From a virus, in IMG/VR virus record IMGVR_UViG_3300021373_002801, positions 12,581 through 76,580 of that record: DNA of 64,000 nt. One strand, given 5' to 3'. Positions 54,295-64,000 of this stretch are shown piece by piece (the stretch's first letter is position 1; each line of letters opens with the position of its first letter). Under the pieces are notes generated by a model. That model was not told the origin of the DNA, made no database searches, and saw only the letters and a list, made by a program, of their open reading frames with translations. A program made the position numbers and the translations under genes.

Positions 54295-57200
54295 ATGGCA
54301 GAATTTAAACTAGGTAGAATTAGATTTGTATGGAAGGGTGACTGGACAGCAGCAAATGTCTATTATCAAGATGATGTAGTTGCATTCGGCGGAAAAACTT
54401 ACATATGTACAATTGGACATACAAGTCAAGCAGGATTCTTTTCAGACTTTAATATTGTTCCCCCAAAATGGAATTTAGTATCAGATGGTCAAACTTGGAA
54501 GGGAGCGTGGTCAACTGAAACAGATTACGTAGTAGATGATATCGTTAGCTACGGTGCAAGACTCTATATTGCAAATACTGCGCATACTAGTGCTGCTACT
54601 GCTATAGACGCTACAGATGGACTAGAAGCAGACCTTAGTAAATGGGACGCTTATGCCGAAGGACTAGACTGGCAAGGTGATTGGTCTACGTCTACTAGAT
54701 ATAGAATCAATGATTTTGTAAAATACGGTGGCTCAACTTATGTTTGTAAAACACTACACGTTTCAACTGCAACTGCCGCAGATGGATTGGAAGCTGATAT
54801 TTCAAACTGGGATACGTTTAATCAAGGTTTAGAATATAAAGGCGAGTGGACAAAAACTACAAGATACAAATATAATGATTTAGTACGTTACGGAGCAGGC
54901 GTCTGGATTTGTACTACTGCACATACTAGTACATCTGATTTAGGAACAGATTCTGCAAACTGGAGTCAATTTGTAGAAGGTTTCCAATACGAAAACGATT
55001 GGAGCCCTTACAGAAGCTATCAACCAGGTGATGTTGTTCGTTACGGTGGCAACCAATATATTTCAAGAACTAATCATTCAGTAATTACTCCAGGACCGCA
55101 GAGTGGAGTAATTACCGGTATAACACAAGATACAACAGCAACAGTAACAAGTACAGCTCACGGATTACAAGATACTAGACAGATTGTAATTAATGATGTA
55201 GTAGGTATGACCGAAATTAACGGACTAACTTTATACATAGATGTAATTAGTGTAAACACGTTTGATTTATACACAGATGCAGAATTAACAACACCATTAA
55301 ATACAACAACATTTACAACATATACTTCAGGCGGCAAATACACTTCGGAATCACCAACTGACTGGGATCTATTTTCAGAAGGTTTTAGATTTATAGGAGA
55401 CTGGAATGAAGATAGTGCTAATCAACATTATAAAGTAGGCGAAGTTGTACGCTTAGGCGGATTTACTTACTTATGTATTTTAGATCACGAAGAAGGACAG
55501 CAACCGCCAAACGCAACTTATTGGAAATTACTCAACGAAGGTTTCCGTTGGAGAGGCGAGTGGTTAGACGACCAAGAATATTATGAAGGTGATGTTGTTC
55601 GTTACGGTGACAACAGTTACTACTGTACTTTATATCATATTTCAGAAGGTGACGACTATTCAACAGAAACTCCACTAGGCGCTGGTGGCGGAGCAGAAGG
55701 CTCGCGTCCAGATCTAGCAGATAGTGGATCATATTGGAGTGTACTCGCAGTTGGTTCGGAAGCTAGTGTTCTTACTACAGCAGGCGACTTAGTTTACTAT
55801 AGTGGAAGTGCTCCTACAAGACTGCCAGTTGGATTAGAAGGACAAGTACTAACAGTAGATTCAACTGGAATTCCTAACTGGGAGTTTTTACAAACTATTG
55901 AAGACATTTATTATGTATCAGAACACGGTATTGATAGACCATTTCCAGAATCAGGAGGAAGTGTTGATAGACCATTCAAATCAATAAGATATGCTTGCGA
56001 ACAAATCGAACAAGGACCTAAAAATCCTAATGCACAATACCTATTAGAATTAAACAGAATTTTCATACAAGAAGAAGTTGGATCTTGGATTAATTATCAA
56101 ATTGCAAACGCTGGTGGATCGGGTATCTGGAATAACTTTGTATACGGTGAAGATAAATGTAAGCGTGACGTTGGAAATATTGTTGATAGGCTTATATGGG
56201 ATATTGGCCACGGCGGCAACTTAAAATCAAGAGCAGCAGCACTTTCGTTCGTAAACGGATTTAGTGCAGATGGTGAATTTTCGGCAGCATCAGAAGATAA
56301 GCCGTACGGCGGCGCTGGACTAGCAGCAGAGTCTGCACAATCAGTTGCAGCATATAATTATATGCTAACTGTGATTGATGCAATTCTTAAAAACCAAGCT
56401 CCAACATTAATTTATCAAAATGTATCAGATGACAGTACAGCTATTGTTACACAGTTTACAAGTGCAACACTTACATCAGAAACAGGTGTTTATACCAAAA
56501 TACAAAGTTTAGTTAAAATTATTACTGACACAATTACAGCAGGTGATACTAGCGCAATTCCAGCTCGTGATGTTCCTCAAACACTAGTTAAAATATCTAC
56601 AGGAGAACATTATGAAGTTCTACCAATTAGAGTACCAGCATACTGTGCTATACTAGGGGACGAACTACGTTCAACGAAAATTATTGCTGCTGGAGCAACA
56701 ACACCAGCAACAGACACACCAAATACTGTAGCAACATTTGATAGAATTGCTGAAGTTGTAGGTGATGTAGTTGTAGGAACAACGGTAACTGCTTCTGTTG
56801 GTAATGTTGAGCCACAAGATCAAAACTGGCCATATGCTATAACTGCACAAGAAAATGCTGTAGAAAGTCTAGTTGATATGATGAAATATCAAATTGACTA
56901 TGGACTAAAAACTATGAGCGCAGGCTACTATACAGATCCTACGGGATATAGCTCAAGTTTAGAAAATGCTAGAGAAAATCTTATAGCAAACAAAGACTTC
57001 TTAAAAGCAGAAGTAATTGCGTTCTTAGATACAGAATATCCAACACTAAAATATGGAAAAACTGATAGTCGACGTGATACTGGATTTATTATCGATTCGT
57101 TAATTTATGACTTAACATACGGCGGCAATTCAATGGCTGTAATAGCTGGGCTATCATATTGGGACGGAGACGACGAAACATATGATCAACTTCCAGCTTC

Positions 57201-60200
57201 TTTGAAGACAGAATGTGTTGCATCGATTAACTACTTAAAAACTACAGCACAAAGTGTTGCAGGTAATACAAATGTTACAAATCCTAAACAAACAGCAATA
57301 CTACAAGTAGAAACAGGTAACGTAGGTAGCATTACTGAAATTGCAAACAATATAGAAGATATTGTTGATATTATTAACAACGGTCCAGACGCAGTTGGCG
57401 ATACAACTACATTAGTTAATCCTACACTTGCAGACGGTGTTAACTCAACTACAGCATTAATTGCTGCTAAAGGTGCATTAGACACTGCTACAGCTGGAAT
57501 TAAAACAGATACAACTAGTTGGATTACTGCTAACTTCCCTGCACTTGTGTACAATAGTGCTAAGTGTGAAAGAGATATTGGCAAGATATTAGAAGCAGTA
57601 GGATTTGACTTTGCACTAAACAGTAACTACAGAACACTTAAAGCAGCACACGCATACTTACGTAAAACTGCTTTAGAAGTATATACTGGTGGACAAAAAA
57701 CTGCAACTAGACAAGCAATTCAATATGCACTCTTAGATGCAACAGACGGCGCTATTGCAAACGTTGCAAGTGATGCAACTGCTATTGCAAGAATTACTGC
57801 AAGTGCTAGAATAATTGATGCAGTTATATTTGGTGCTACTGACGAAGGTGCTGTATGTGCATCTGAAGATCAAAATAGATATTATGCAAAACTACAGTTA
57901 GAACGTAACAGAGACTTTATTAAAGCTGAGATTGCAGCTTGGATTGATGTTCAAATTGCTGGTGCTGCAAGTGGAAGCATTTGGGATGGATATACATACA
58001 ACGAAACTCTTTGTCAAAGAGATATTGATTATTATATCGATGCGTTAAAATATGATCTAATGTGGACAGGAAATTATGCTTCAAGATACGTTGCACGTTT
58101 TTACAATAATAGTGTAACAGGATCTCAAGAAGAAGATATGTTCTATCTAAGAGATGCTACAGGAGTAAGAAACTGTACTCTCAACGGATTAAATGGACAA
58201 CTTCTTCCAGAAAACGCATATAACTATAGTAAAGTAAGTGCAGGCGCATATTGTTCATTAGATCCAGGTTGGGGACCAGACGATTTCCGTACTTGGATTA
58301 TTACACGTTCGCCATACATACAAGGTGTTACAACATTTGGTAATGCTGCAACTGGTCAAAGAATTGATGGTGCGTTGCATAATGGCGGTAATGACTCAAT
58401 GGTGTCAAATGACTTTACCCAGGTCATAAGTGATGGTATTGGCGCACACATTCTTAACAATGGTAGAGCAGAACTTGTGTCAGTGTTTACATATTACTCA
58501 CACATTGGTTATCTTGCAGAAACAGGTGGTAGAGTACGTGCTACTAACGGTAACAACTCTTATGGTGACTTTGGTTCAGTAGCAACAGGTGTTGACCCAG
58601 ACGAAACACCTGTAACAGCGATAGTTGATAACCGTACACAGTATAATGCAACTATTTCAAAAGTTAACACAGACAATGCACAACTATTAACTGTTGAATA
58701 TACACACGCAGGTAATGATTATACTGAAGCTAATCTTAGTATATTTGGGCCAGGTTCTAATGAAGTAGTAGTTGTAGACGAATTCCGTGACGGCGGGTTT
58801 AACTATGCTTATGTTGACCAAGATGCAAATCCAGATATTGCATTAGGCGGCAGCGGATATGTAATATCAAGTAACGTTGCACAAAGTGGTAGTTTAACTG
58901 GAATATTCCTTAGTGCTACTGACGGTTCATTAAGTTCAGCTTATCCTGGTATGAAAATTTATATCATAGGTGCAGCAGGAATTGGACAATATGCAATTAT
59001 TAACACATACAACGCAGGTACAAAAGAAGCAACAGTTATAAGAGAATCAGACGGAGTTGCAGGCTGGGATCACATAGTTCCAGGTACACCTATTGTTGCT
59101 CCAAATAGTAGTTCAACATATCAAATTGAACCAAGAGTTACAATTACTGCTCCTACAAACTCAAGCGGCAATATTACAATGCCAACATCAACTACTTGGT
59201 ACGATGTTGAATGGATTCAAACAGCAGCACTGCAACCAGGAAGAAGTCCTTCAGGTGGCGACGGATCAGGAGCACAATTTGATGTTACCCGTAACGGAAG
59301 TAAATATTATGTAAGTGTTGATGTAGCAGGTACAGAATATTCAAGACTTGACACATTAACTATTCCAGGTACAGACATTGGCGGAGCAAGTCCAGCTAAC
59401 GATATTACAATAACTGTAACAACAGTAAACAGCGTAACAGGTGCTATTGTAGATTTTGACTTTACAGGAACTGCGCAGGCAGGTAAATTCCTTGCAGTTG
59501 GAGCCGGCACTAACGGTGCAGTGAGTATCGATGGCGAAACTTGGACAGCAGAAGTATTACCTACTTTACCAAGCGGAAATTGGGCAAGTATTGCAGACGG
59601 TTTACAAGATGATGGTTCAAGTACATTCCAACCAAGTGCAGTTGTAGTAATTGCAGACGGTGACAGTACAGTGGCGTACAGTAATGATGCTAATACTTGG
59701 TCAACTAGTTCACTACCAGGATCGTTTAATGCAACAGGTGAAAATACCATAGCATTTGGTCAAATTGCTGCTGCTACAGCAAGATTTGTTGTTATTAGTG
59801 ACGCAGATCAAGATGTTGCATATTCAGATAACGGCGGACAAACTTGGAGCATAACTGGCACAGCACTTCCAGCAAATGGTTTTGGTGAAATGGTATACGG
59901 CGCAGGTAAGTTTGTTGCTATTAACAGCGGAACAACAAGTGCAGCATATAGTACAGATGGTATTACTTGGACAGGTGTAACGGCACCGGCAGCATTTGCA
60001 GCAGTAACAGATATTGTATGGGGTAATGGTAAGTTTGTGGCACTTGGTGGTACAAATGGTATTATGTACTCATTAGATGGTATAACTTGGTATGAAAATG
60101 CACTTACACTTCCACTAACTGCTACAGAACGCAAACTAGCGTACGGACAGGGTACATTTGTTATCTCAAGTGATGACACTGATCAAGTTCAATACAGTCA

Positions 60201-61395
60201 CGATGGACTATACTGGCAAGCATACACATTAACTGGAGTAGCTACTACAGGCGGATTTAATGCAATAGCATTTGGTAATCCTGCTAAAGAAGGTAAATTT
60301 GTAATGATACTACCGGGTGCAGGAACAGCAGGAAAATACGCTAAGATTAATACTCCTGCAAAAGGTAGAGCAAGTGTATCAAATGAACAAGTTTTTGCTA
60401 TTAGAATTACAGAACCTGGCAGCGGATACACAAGCGCACCAACAGTAACTATAACAGATCCTAACAATGTTGATGATGTTGTTCTAGTACCGCAAATTGG
60501 TAACGGAGTATTAGCAAATCCAACATTTAACAATAGAGGAACAGGATTTACAAGTGCAACAGCAGAAGTTGATGCAGCAAATTCAAATGGTAATGCAAAC
60601 TTCCCACAAGCAGGAGCATTTATTGCTGTACGTAGATTAACTAGTCGTCCAGTAAACGGTTCTAACGTAGAATTTGCGAGCTTACCAGGAGAGTTCTACA
60701 AACTAGTTAACACTGTAAGTTTCTTAGGATCAAACGACGGAAGTTACACTGCTTTCTTACAGATATCGCCTAGCATAACAGTAGATGATGATTTACCAGA
60801 CGGCGATGCAGTAGATTTGAGAATTAGGTTCTCGCAAGTACGACTAACAGGACACGACTTCTTAGATATTGGCACTGGAGGTTTTGCTGAAACAAACTAC
60901 CCAGGTGTACCAGTTAATGCACCAAGTCAAGTAAAAGAAACTAATGACTTTAACGGTGGTAGAGTGTTCTACACTGCTACTGACCAAGACGGTAACTTTA
61001 GAGTTGGTGATTTGTTTACAATTGAGCAATCAACTGGTGTTGCAACACTTAACGCTGACGCATTTAATATTGCAGGACTACAAGAACTATCACTGGGTGA
61101 AGTTACACTAGGTGGTAACTCAGCAAGTATTACTGAATTTAGTACAGATCCATTCTTTACTGCAAACAGTGATACAGTAGTACCGACACAACGTGCAGTT
61201 AAAGCATATATTGAGTCACAAATTGGCGGCGGCGGCGCAACATTAAATGTTAACAGTGTAACAGCAGGTGACATATTTATTGGAGCCGACACCATAACAA
61301 CACTAAGCGGAAGTCCGATAAATATAAATGCTAATGTGGTGTTTAACGGAACAGTATTAGGATTACCACTAGCATACAACTACTTCTTGAGATAA
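54295..61395 (+). CDS. Giant virion structural protein; unsplit paralog of 5875..7866 plus 7866..14048
   Basis: 2366 aa. CBM-like repeats, beta-helix with helical KCxRD repeats, Asp-box region, C-terminal LPLAYNYFLR. Confidence 0.85.
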   Translation: MAEFKLGRIRFVWKGDWTAANVYYQDDVVAFGGKTYICTIGHTSQAGFFSDFNIVPPKWNLVSDGQTWKGAWSTETDYVVDDIVSYGARLYIANTAHTSAATAIDATDGLEADLSKWDAYAEGLDWQGDWSTSTRYRINDFVKYGGSTYVCKTLHVSTATAADGLEADISNWDTFNQGLEYKGEWTKTTRYKYNDLVRYGAGVWICTTAHTSTSDLGTDSANWSQFVEGFQYENDWSPYRSYQPGDVVRYGGNQYISRTNHSVITPGPQSGVITGITQDTTATVTSTAHGLQDTRQIVINDVVGMTEINGLTLYIDVISVNTFDLYTDAELTTPLNTTTFTTYTSGGKYTSESPTDWDLFSEGFRFIGDWNEDSANQHYKVGEVVRLGGFTYLCILDHEEGQQPPNATYWKLLNEGFRWRGEWLDDQEYYEGDVVRYGDNSYYCTLYHISEGDDYSTETPLGAGGGAEGSRPDLADSGSYWSVLAVGSEASVLTTAGDLVYYSGSAPTRLPVGLEGQVLTVDSTGIPNWEFLQTIEDIYYVSEHGIDRPFPESGGSVDRPFKSIRYACEQIEQGPKNPNAQYLLELNRIFIQEEVGSWINYQIANAGGSGIWNNFVYGEDKCKRDVGNIVDRLIWDIGHGGNLKSRAAALSFVNGFSADGEFSAASEDKPYGGAGLAAESAQSVAAYNYMLTVIDAILKNQAPTLIYQNVSDDSTAIVTQFTSATLTSETGVYTKIQSLVKIITDTITAGDTSAIPARDVPQTLVKISTGEHYEVLPIRVPAYCAILGDELRSTKIIAAGATTPATDTPNTVATFDRIAEVVGDVVVGTTVTASVGNVEPQDQNWPYAITAQENAVESLVDMMKYQIDYGLKTMSAGYYTDPTGYSSSLENARENLIANKDFLKAEVIAFLDTEYPTLKYGKTDSRRDTGFIIDSLIYDLTYGGNSMAVIAGLSYWDGDDETYDQLPASLKTECVASINYLKTTAQSVAGNTNVTNPKQTAILQVETGNVGSITEIANNIEDIVDIINNGPDAVGDTTTLVNPTLADGVNSTTALIAAKGALDTATAGIKTDTTSWITANFPALVYNSAKCERDIGKILEAVGFDFALNSNYRTLKAAHAYLRKTALEVYTGGQKTATRQAIQYALLDATDGAIANVASDATAIARITASARIIDAVIFGATDEGAVCASEDQNRYYAKLQLERNRDFIKAEIAAWIDVQIAGAASGSIWDGYTYNETLCQRDIDYYIDALKYDLMWTGNYASRYVARFYNNSVTGSQEEDMFYLRDATGVRNCTLNGLNGQLLPENAYNYSKVSAGAYCSLDPGWGPDDFRTWIITRSPYIQGVTTFGNAATGQRIDGALHNGGNDSMVSNDFTQVISDGIGAHILNNGRAELVSVFTYYSHIGYLAETGGRVRATNGNNSYGDFGSVATGVDPDETPVTAIVDNRTQYNATISKVNTDNAQLLTVEYTHAGNDYTEANLSIFGPGSNEVVVVDEFRDGGFNYAYVDQDANPDIALGGSGYVISSNVAQSGSLTGIFLSATDGSLSSAYPGMKIYIIGAAGIGQYAIINTYNAGTKEATVIRESDGVAGWDHIVPGTPIVAPNSSSTYQIEPRVTITAPTNSSGNITMPTSTTWYDVEWIQTAALQPGRSPSGGDGSGAQFDVTRNGSKYYVSVDVAGTEYSRLDTLTIPGTDIGGASPANDITITVTTVNSVTGAIVDFDFTGTAQAGKFLAVGAGTNGAVSIDGETWTAEVLPTLPSGNWASIADGLQDDGSSTFQPSAVVVIADGDSTVAYSNDANTWSTSSLPGSFNATGENTIAFGQIAAATARFVVISDADQDVAYSDNGGQTWSITGTALPANGFGEMVYGAGKFVAINSGTTSAAYSTDGITWTGVTAPAAFAAVTDIVWGNGKFVALGGTNGIMYSLDGITWYENALTLPLTATERKLAYGQGTFVISSDDTDQVQYSHDGLYWQAYTLTGVATTGGFNAIAFGNPAKEGKFVMILPGAGTAGKYAKINTPAKGRASVSNEQVFAIRITEPGSGYTSAPTVTITDPNNVDDVVLVPQIGNGVLANPTFNNRGTGFTSATAEVDAANSNGNANFPQAGAFIAVRRLTSRPVNGSNVEFASLPGEFYKLVNTVSFLGSNDGSYTAFLQISPSITVDDDLPDGDAVDLRIRFSQVRLTGHDFLDIGTGGFAETNYPGVPVNAPSQVKETNDFNGGRVFYTATDQDGNFRVGDLFTIEQSTGVATLNADAFNIAGLQELSLGEVTLGGNSASITEFSTDPFFTANSDTVVPTQRAVKAYIESQIGGGGATLNVNSVTAGDIFIGADTITTLSGSPININANVVFNGTVLGLPLAYNYFLR
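61317..61324 (+). promoter_or_regulatory. Late promoter-like box GATAAATA embedded in the 3' end of the CDS
   Basis: Equivalent to 13970; upstream of 61417. Confidence 0.55.
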
Positions 61396-61416
61396 TTTAA
61401 ATTGGAGATTTAAAAA

Positions 61417-61752
61417 ATGGCAAACGGAATATTAGGATCAGCAGACTTAGCTGCTACAACATATACAGCAATTTACCTTGTACCAACTAATACATTTAGT
61501 GTGGCAACAGTAAGTATCTGTAATAAAAACTCATCTAGCATTACAGTTAGATTAGCTGTAGCTAAAACAGACCCAACAGGGGCAACATTACCAGTAGCAG
61601 ATGACTATTTGGAATATGAAACAGAAATACTACCAAACGGTGTACTAGAAAGAACTGGTATAGTAATTGATGCTAGTAGACAAATTTATGCACGTTCATC
61701 GGCAGCTAATACAGCAGTAATGGTTTACGGTATAGAAACAGCGACTACATAA
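61417..61752 (+). CDS. Small (111 aa) virion-module protein, paralog of 14061..14384
   Basis: GGAG RBS; NGVLERTGIVID...VMVYGIETAT. Confidence 0.85.
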   Translation: MANGILGSADLAATTYTAIYLVPTNTFSVATVSICNKNSSSITVRLAVAKTDPTGATLPVADDYLEYETEILPNGVLERTGIVIDASRQIYARSSAANTAVMVYGIETATT

Positions 61753-61762
61753 GGAAAAGACA

Positions 61763-62620
61763 ATGCCAAGAAAAATTACATCAGGAGTAGTAGGTGGACA
61801 GGTTTTAGGAAACCTTTCTACAACAACAAACACATTTACGTCGCGAGAAGCTAATACAAATATAGTACTAGATCCAAACGGAACAGGTGTTACAGAATTT
61901 ACTAAAGATATATACACTAGTTCTAATGCTGGTATTAGATTAGGCGACAGCGATACTAATTATGCGCTTCTTAAAGCCCCAGCAGCACTTGGCGGAAATT
62001 ATACATTAACACTACCTGCAGACGACGGTGCCGCAAACAATGTTTTACAAACAGATGGCAGCGGAGTCTTAAGTTGGGTAGCACCTGCACTAACAGTTAC
62101 AAATAGAACAGCAGCTGATAACAATACTTATTATATTACTATGAGTGACGGTACTAGTGGAACAGAAGATACATTAAGTGTAGCAGACGGTAGTAGACTA
62201 AACTTTGTACCAAACCCAGGTAGGCTTACTACTGCCGAGTTAAGAGCTTCTGCAAGTACTGCTTCTAGTTCAACGACATCTGGAGCATTAGTAGTAACCG
62301 GCGGAGCTGGCTTTGGTGGCCAAGTAACTGCGGTAAGCATTGTTGAAACATCAAGTATTGCACTTAAAGAAAATATTAATCCAATTGAAAATGCATTAGC
62401 AAGTATATTAAACTTACGCGGTGTAACATACGATCGACTAGATAACAATGAACACGAGTCAGGTTTAATTGCTGAATGGACTGAAGAAGTATTACCAGAG
62501 TTAGTTACTCGTGATACAAATAATGACGTTGTTGGAATTAAGTATACAAAACTAACTGCTTATTTAATCGAAGCAATTAAAAGTTTGAAAACAGAGATAG
62601 ATGAGTTGAAGAATAAGTAA
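61763..62620 (+). CDS. Tail fibre/spike protein with C-terminal S74-type intramolecular chaperone
   Basis: ETSSIALKENI...GLIAE...YTKLTAYLIEAIKSLKTEIDELK. Confidence 0.8.
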   Translation: MPRKITSGVVGGQVLGNLSTTTNTFTSREANTNIVLDPNGTGVTEFTKDIYTSSNAGIRLGDSDTNYALLKAPAALGGNYTLTLPADDGAANNVLQTDGSGVLSWVAPALTVTNRTAADNNTYYITMSDGTSGTEDTLSVADGSRLNFVPNPGRLTTAELRASASTASSSTTSGALVVTGGAGFGGQVTAVSIVETSSIALKENINPIENALASILNLRGVTYDRLDNNEHESGLIAEWTEEVLPELVTRDTNNDVVGIKYTKLTAYLIEAIKSLKTEIDELKNK

Positions 62621-64000
62621 ATGGCTACGTTAAAAAATACTAACATTGATGATACTGGGTTTATAACGATCCCTTCAGGAACAACAGCACAACGTCCTGG
62701 AAGTCCTGTAGAAGGATATGTGAGATACAACACAACTTTAAATCAACTAGAGTATTATAATAACGGCCAATGGCGAGAAACAGACGGTCGTATACAAGCA
62801 TCGGCATCTGGAGCAGAAAAAACTTACAATATAGTAGAAAACGGAGTTCCGTATACTGTACACGTATTTACAAATGAGCAAGGCGCCGGAACTTTAAACG
62901 TAACACAAGCCGGAGAAGTTGAATATTTGATTGTTGCCGGAGGCGGCGGCGGTGGCGCCTGGGTTGGAGGCGGTGGCGGTGGTGGCGGCTTCTTATCAGG
63001 AAAAATGAATTTGACTCCAGGAGCATATCCTATATCAGTAGGAGCCGGAGGTACAAGAGAACGTAATCCCGGTAGCTACAGCGGAATGCCTAGAGCAACA
63101 AGAGGCGGAAACTCAACTGCACTTGGATTAACTGCTATAGGCGGCGGAAAAGGCGGATCTTGGAGTACTTATGATGCAGGAACTGGAGGGTCAGGCGGCG
63201 GAGAAGGACACAGTCCGGCAGGTGCTGCAGGCACACCAGGACAAGGATTTAATGGCGGCCGAGGTAGAGGCTCAAGCACAAATGGATATCCAACAGGCGG
63301 AGGCGGTGGCGCAGGTGGTCCAGGAGAAGATTGGACCGCAACTAAGTCAGGCGATGGCGGCGTAGGTAAACCTAGCGCAATAACTGGTGCCCAATGTTGG
63401 TATTCAGGCGGTGGTGGTGGCGGCGTTCACGGAAGTTCAAGCAATGCACAACCTGGCAATGGCGGCAAAGGCGGTGGCGGCTATGGTGATAGACCTAATA
63501 ACGGTGCTAGTACAGGCGCGAGTGATATATACGATGGCGCAGTAGAGCCTACAGGAAAAGATGGCCAACCAAGAACAGGTGGAGGCGGTGGCGGAAGTGG
63601 AAGAAGTGGTGGATCAGCATCGTCAGGTGGCGCAGGCGGAAGTGGCATTGTAGTTATAAGATACAAAAGAGACTATGGACAAGTTGGTGTACTAGATGGC
63701 GGACAAATAGAACTTGATAATTTCTACGGTGCTTCTAAGGAAGGACTAGTGTATGCATATGATATGAGCAAACATATTTGCTTAGATGACGAAAAATGGA
63801 AAAACAGAACAATTAGAGATATAAGTGGCAACAGCAATCACGCTACTTTCTCAAACGGATATTTGAAAAAAGACGGTAAAAATAACGGTGGATTGTATTT
63901 TGACGGTAGTTCAAATCTTACAGTTCCTTATAATGCAAGAACTATGGACTTTTCAAGAGCTCAAACTATTATGATGTGGGTGACACCTACAACTTTGAGT
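62621..64000 (+). CDS. 3'-truncated glycine-rich adhesin-like protein with a following LamG/concanavalin-like domain
   Basis: My translation: MATLKNTNIDDTGFITIPSGTTAQRP...YLIVAGGGGG...GSGIVVIRY, then GLVYAYD...IRDISGNSNHATF...LYFDGS...TIMMWV, open to the window end. Not in the ORF track. Confidence 0.8.
   Translation, partial: MATLKNTNIDDTGFITIPSGTTAQRPGSPVEGYVRYNTTLNQLEYYNNGQWRETDGRIQASASGAEKTYNIVENGVPYTVHVFTNEQGAGTLNVTQAGEVEYLIVAGGGGGGAWVGGGGGGGGFLSGKMNLTPGAYPISVGAGGTRERNPGSYSGMPRATRGGNSTALGLTAIGGGKGGSWSTYDAGTGGSGGGEGHSPAGAAGTPGQGFNGGRGRGSSTNGYPTGGGGGAGGPGEDWTATKSGDGGVGKPSAITGAQCWYSGGGGGGVHGSSSNAQPGNGGKGGGGYGDRPNNGASTGASDIYDGAVEPTGKDGQPRTGGGGGGSGRSGGSASSGGAGGSGIVVIRYKRDYGQVGVLDGGQIELDNFYGASKEGLVYAYDMSKHICLDDEKWKNRTIRDISGNSNHATFSNGYLKKDGKNNGGLYFDGSSNLTVPYNARTMDFSRAQTIMMWVTPTTLS

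Noticed and set aside
957-63666. The many 60-165 aa ORFs nested in or antisense to the long genes
   Set aside because: They are shadow frames of the long coding sequences, with no RBS, no motifs and complete overlap with well-supported CDSs.

Overview
This is a 64-kb segment of a large AT-rich dsDNA tailed-phage genome with T4-type late-promoter boxes, probably aquatic. It holds two paralogous virion/tail-appendage modules: A (<1-18542) and B (47941->64000). Each runs small protein, ~1900-aa and ~2400-2700-aa repeat/beta-helix/propeller proteins, ~110-aa protein, S74-chaperone fibre protein, then Gly-rich adhesin-like protein(s). Between the modules lie (i) a 15-kb mixed-orientation island of 5 flavin-dependent halogenase-family genes, 11 2OG-Fe(II) oxygenase-family genes and 1 unknown gene, (ii) a tail-fibre assembly chaperone plus groES/groEL, and (iii) a cupredoxin-motif protein, an S8-protease/fibre fusion and a 1921-aa repeat fibre protein. 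The most notable observations are: tandem phycobiliprotein-like (K-C-x-R-D...GG) helical repeats inside the giant tail proteins; a late-expressed halogenase/oxygenase island abutting three mosaic Gly-rich adhesin-like genes (candidate virion-modification system); a clean gene fission in module A; three probable leaderless late transcripts; a T4 e/soc-type promoter-in-hairpin switch; and a structured ~130-nt 5' leader. All family assignments come from visual motif recognition; no searches were run.
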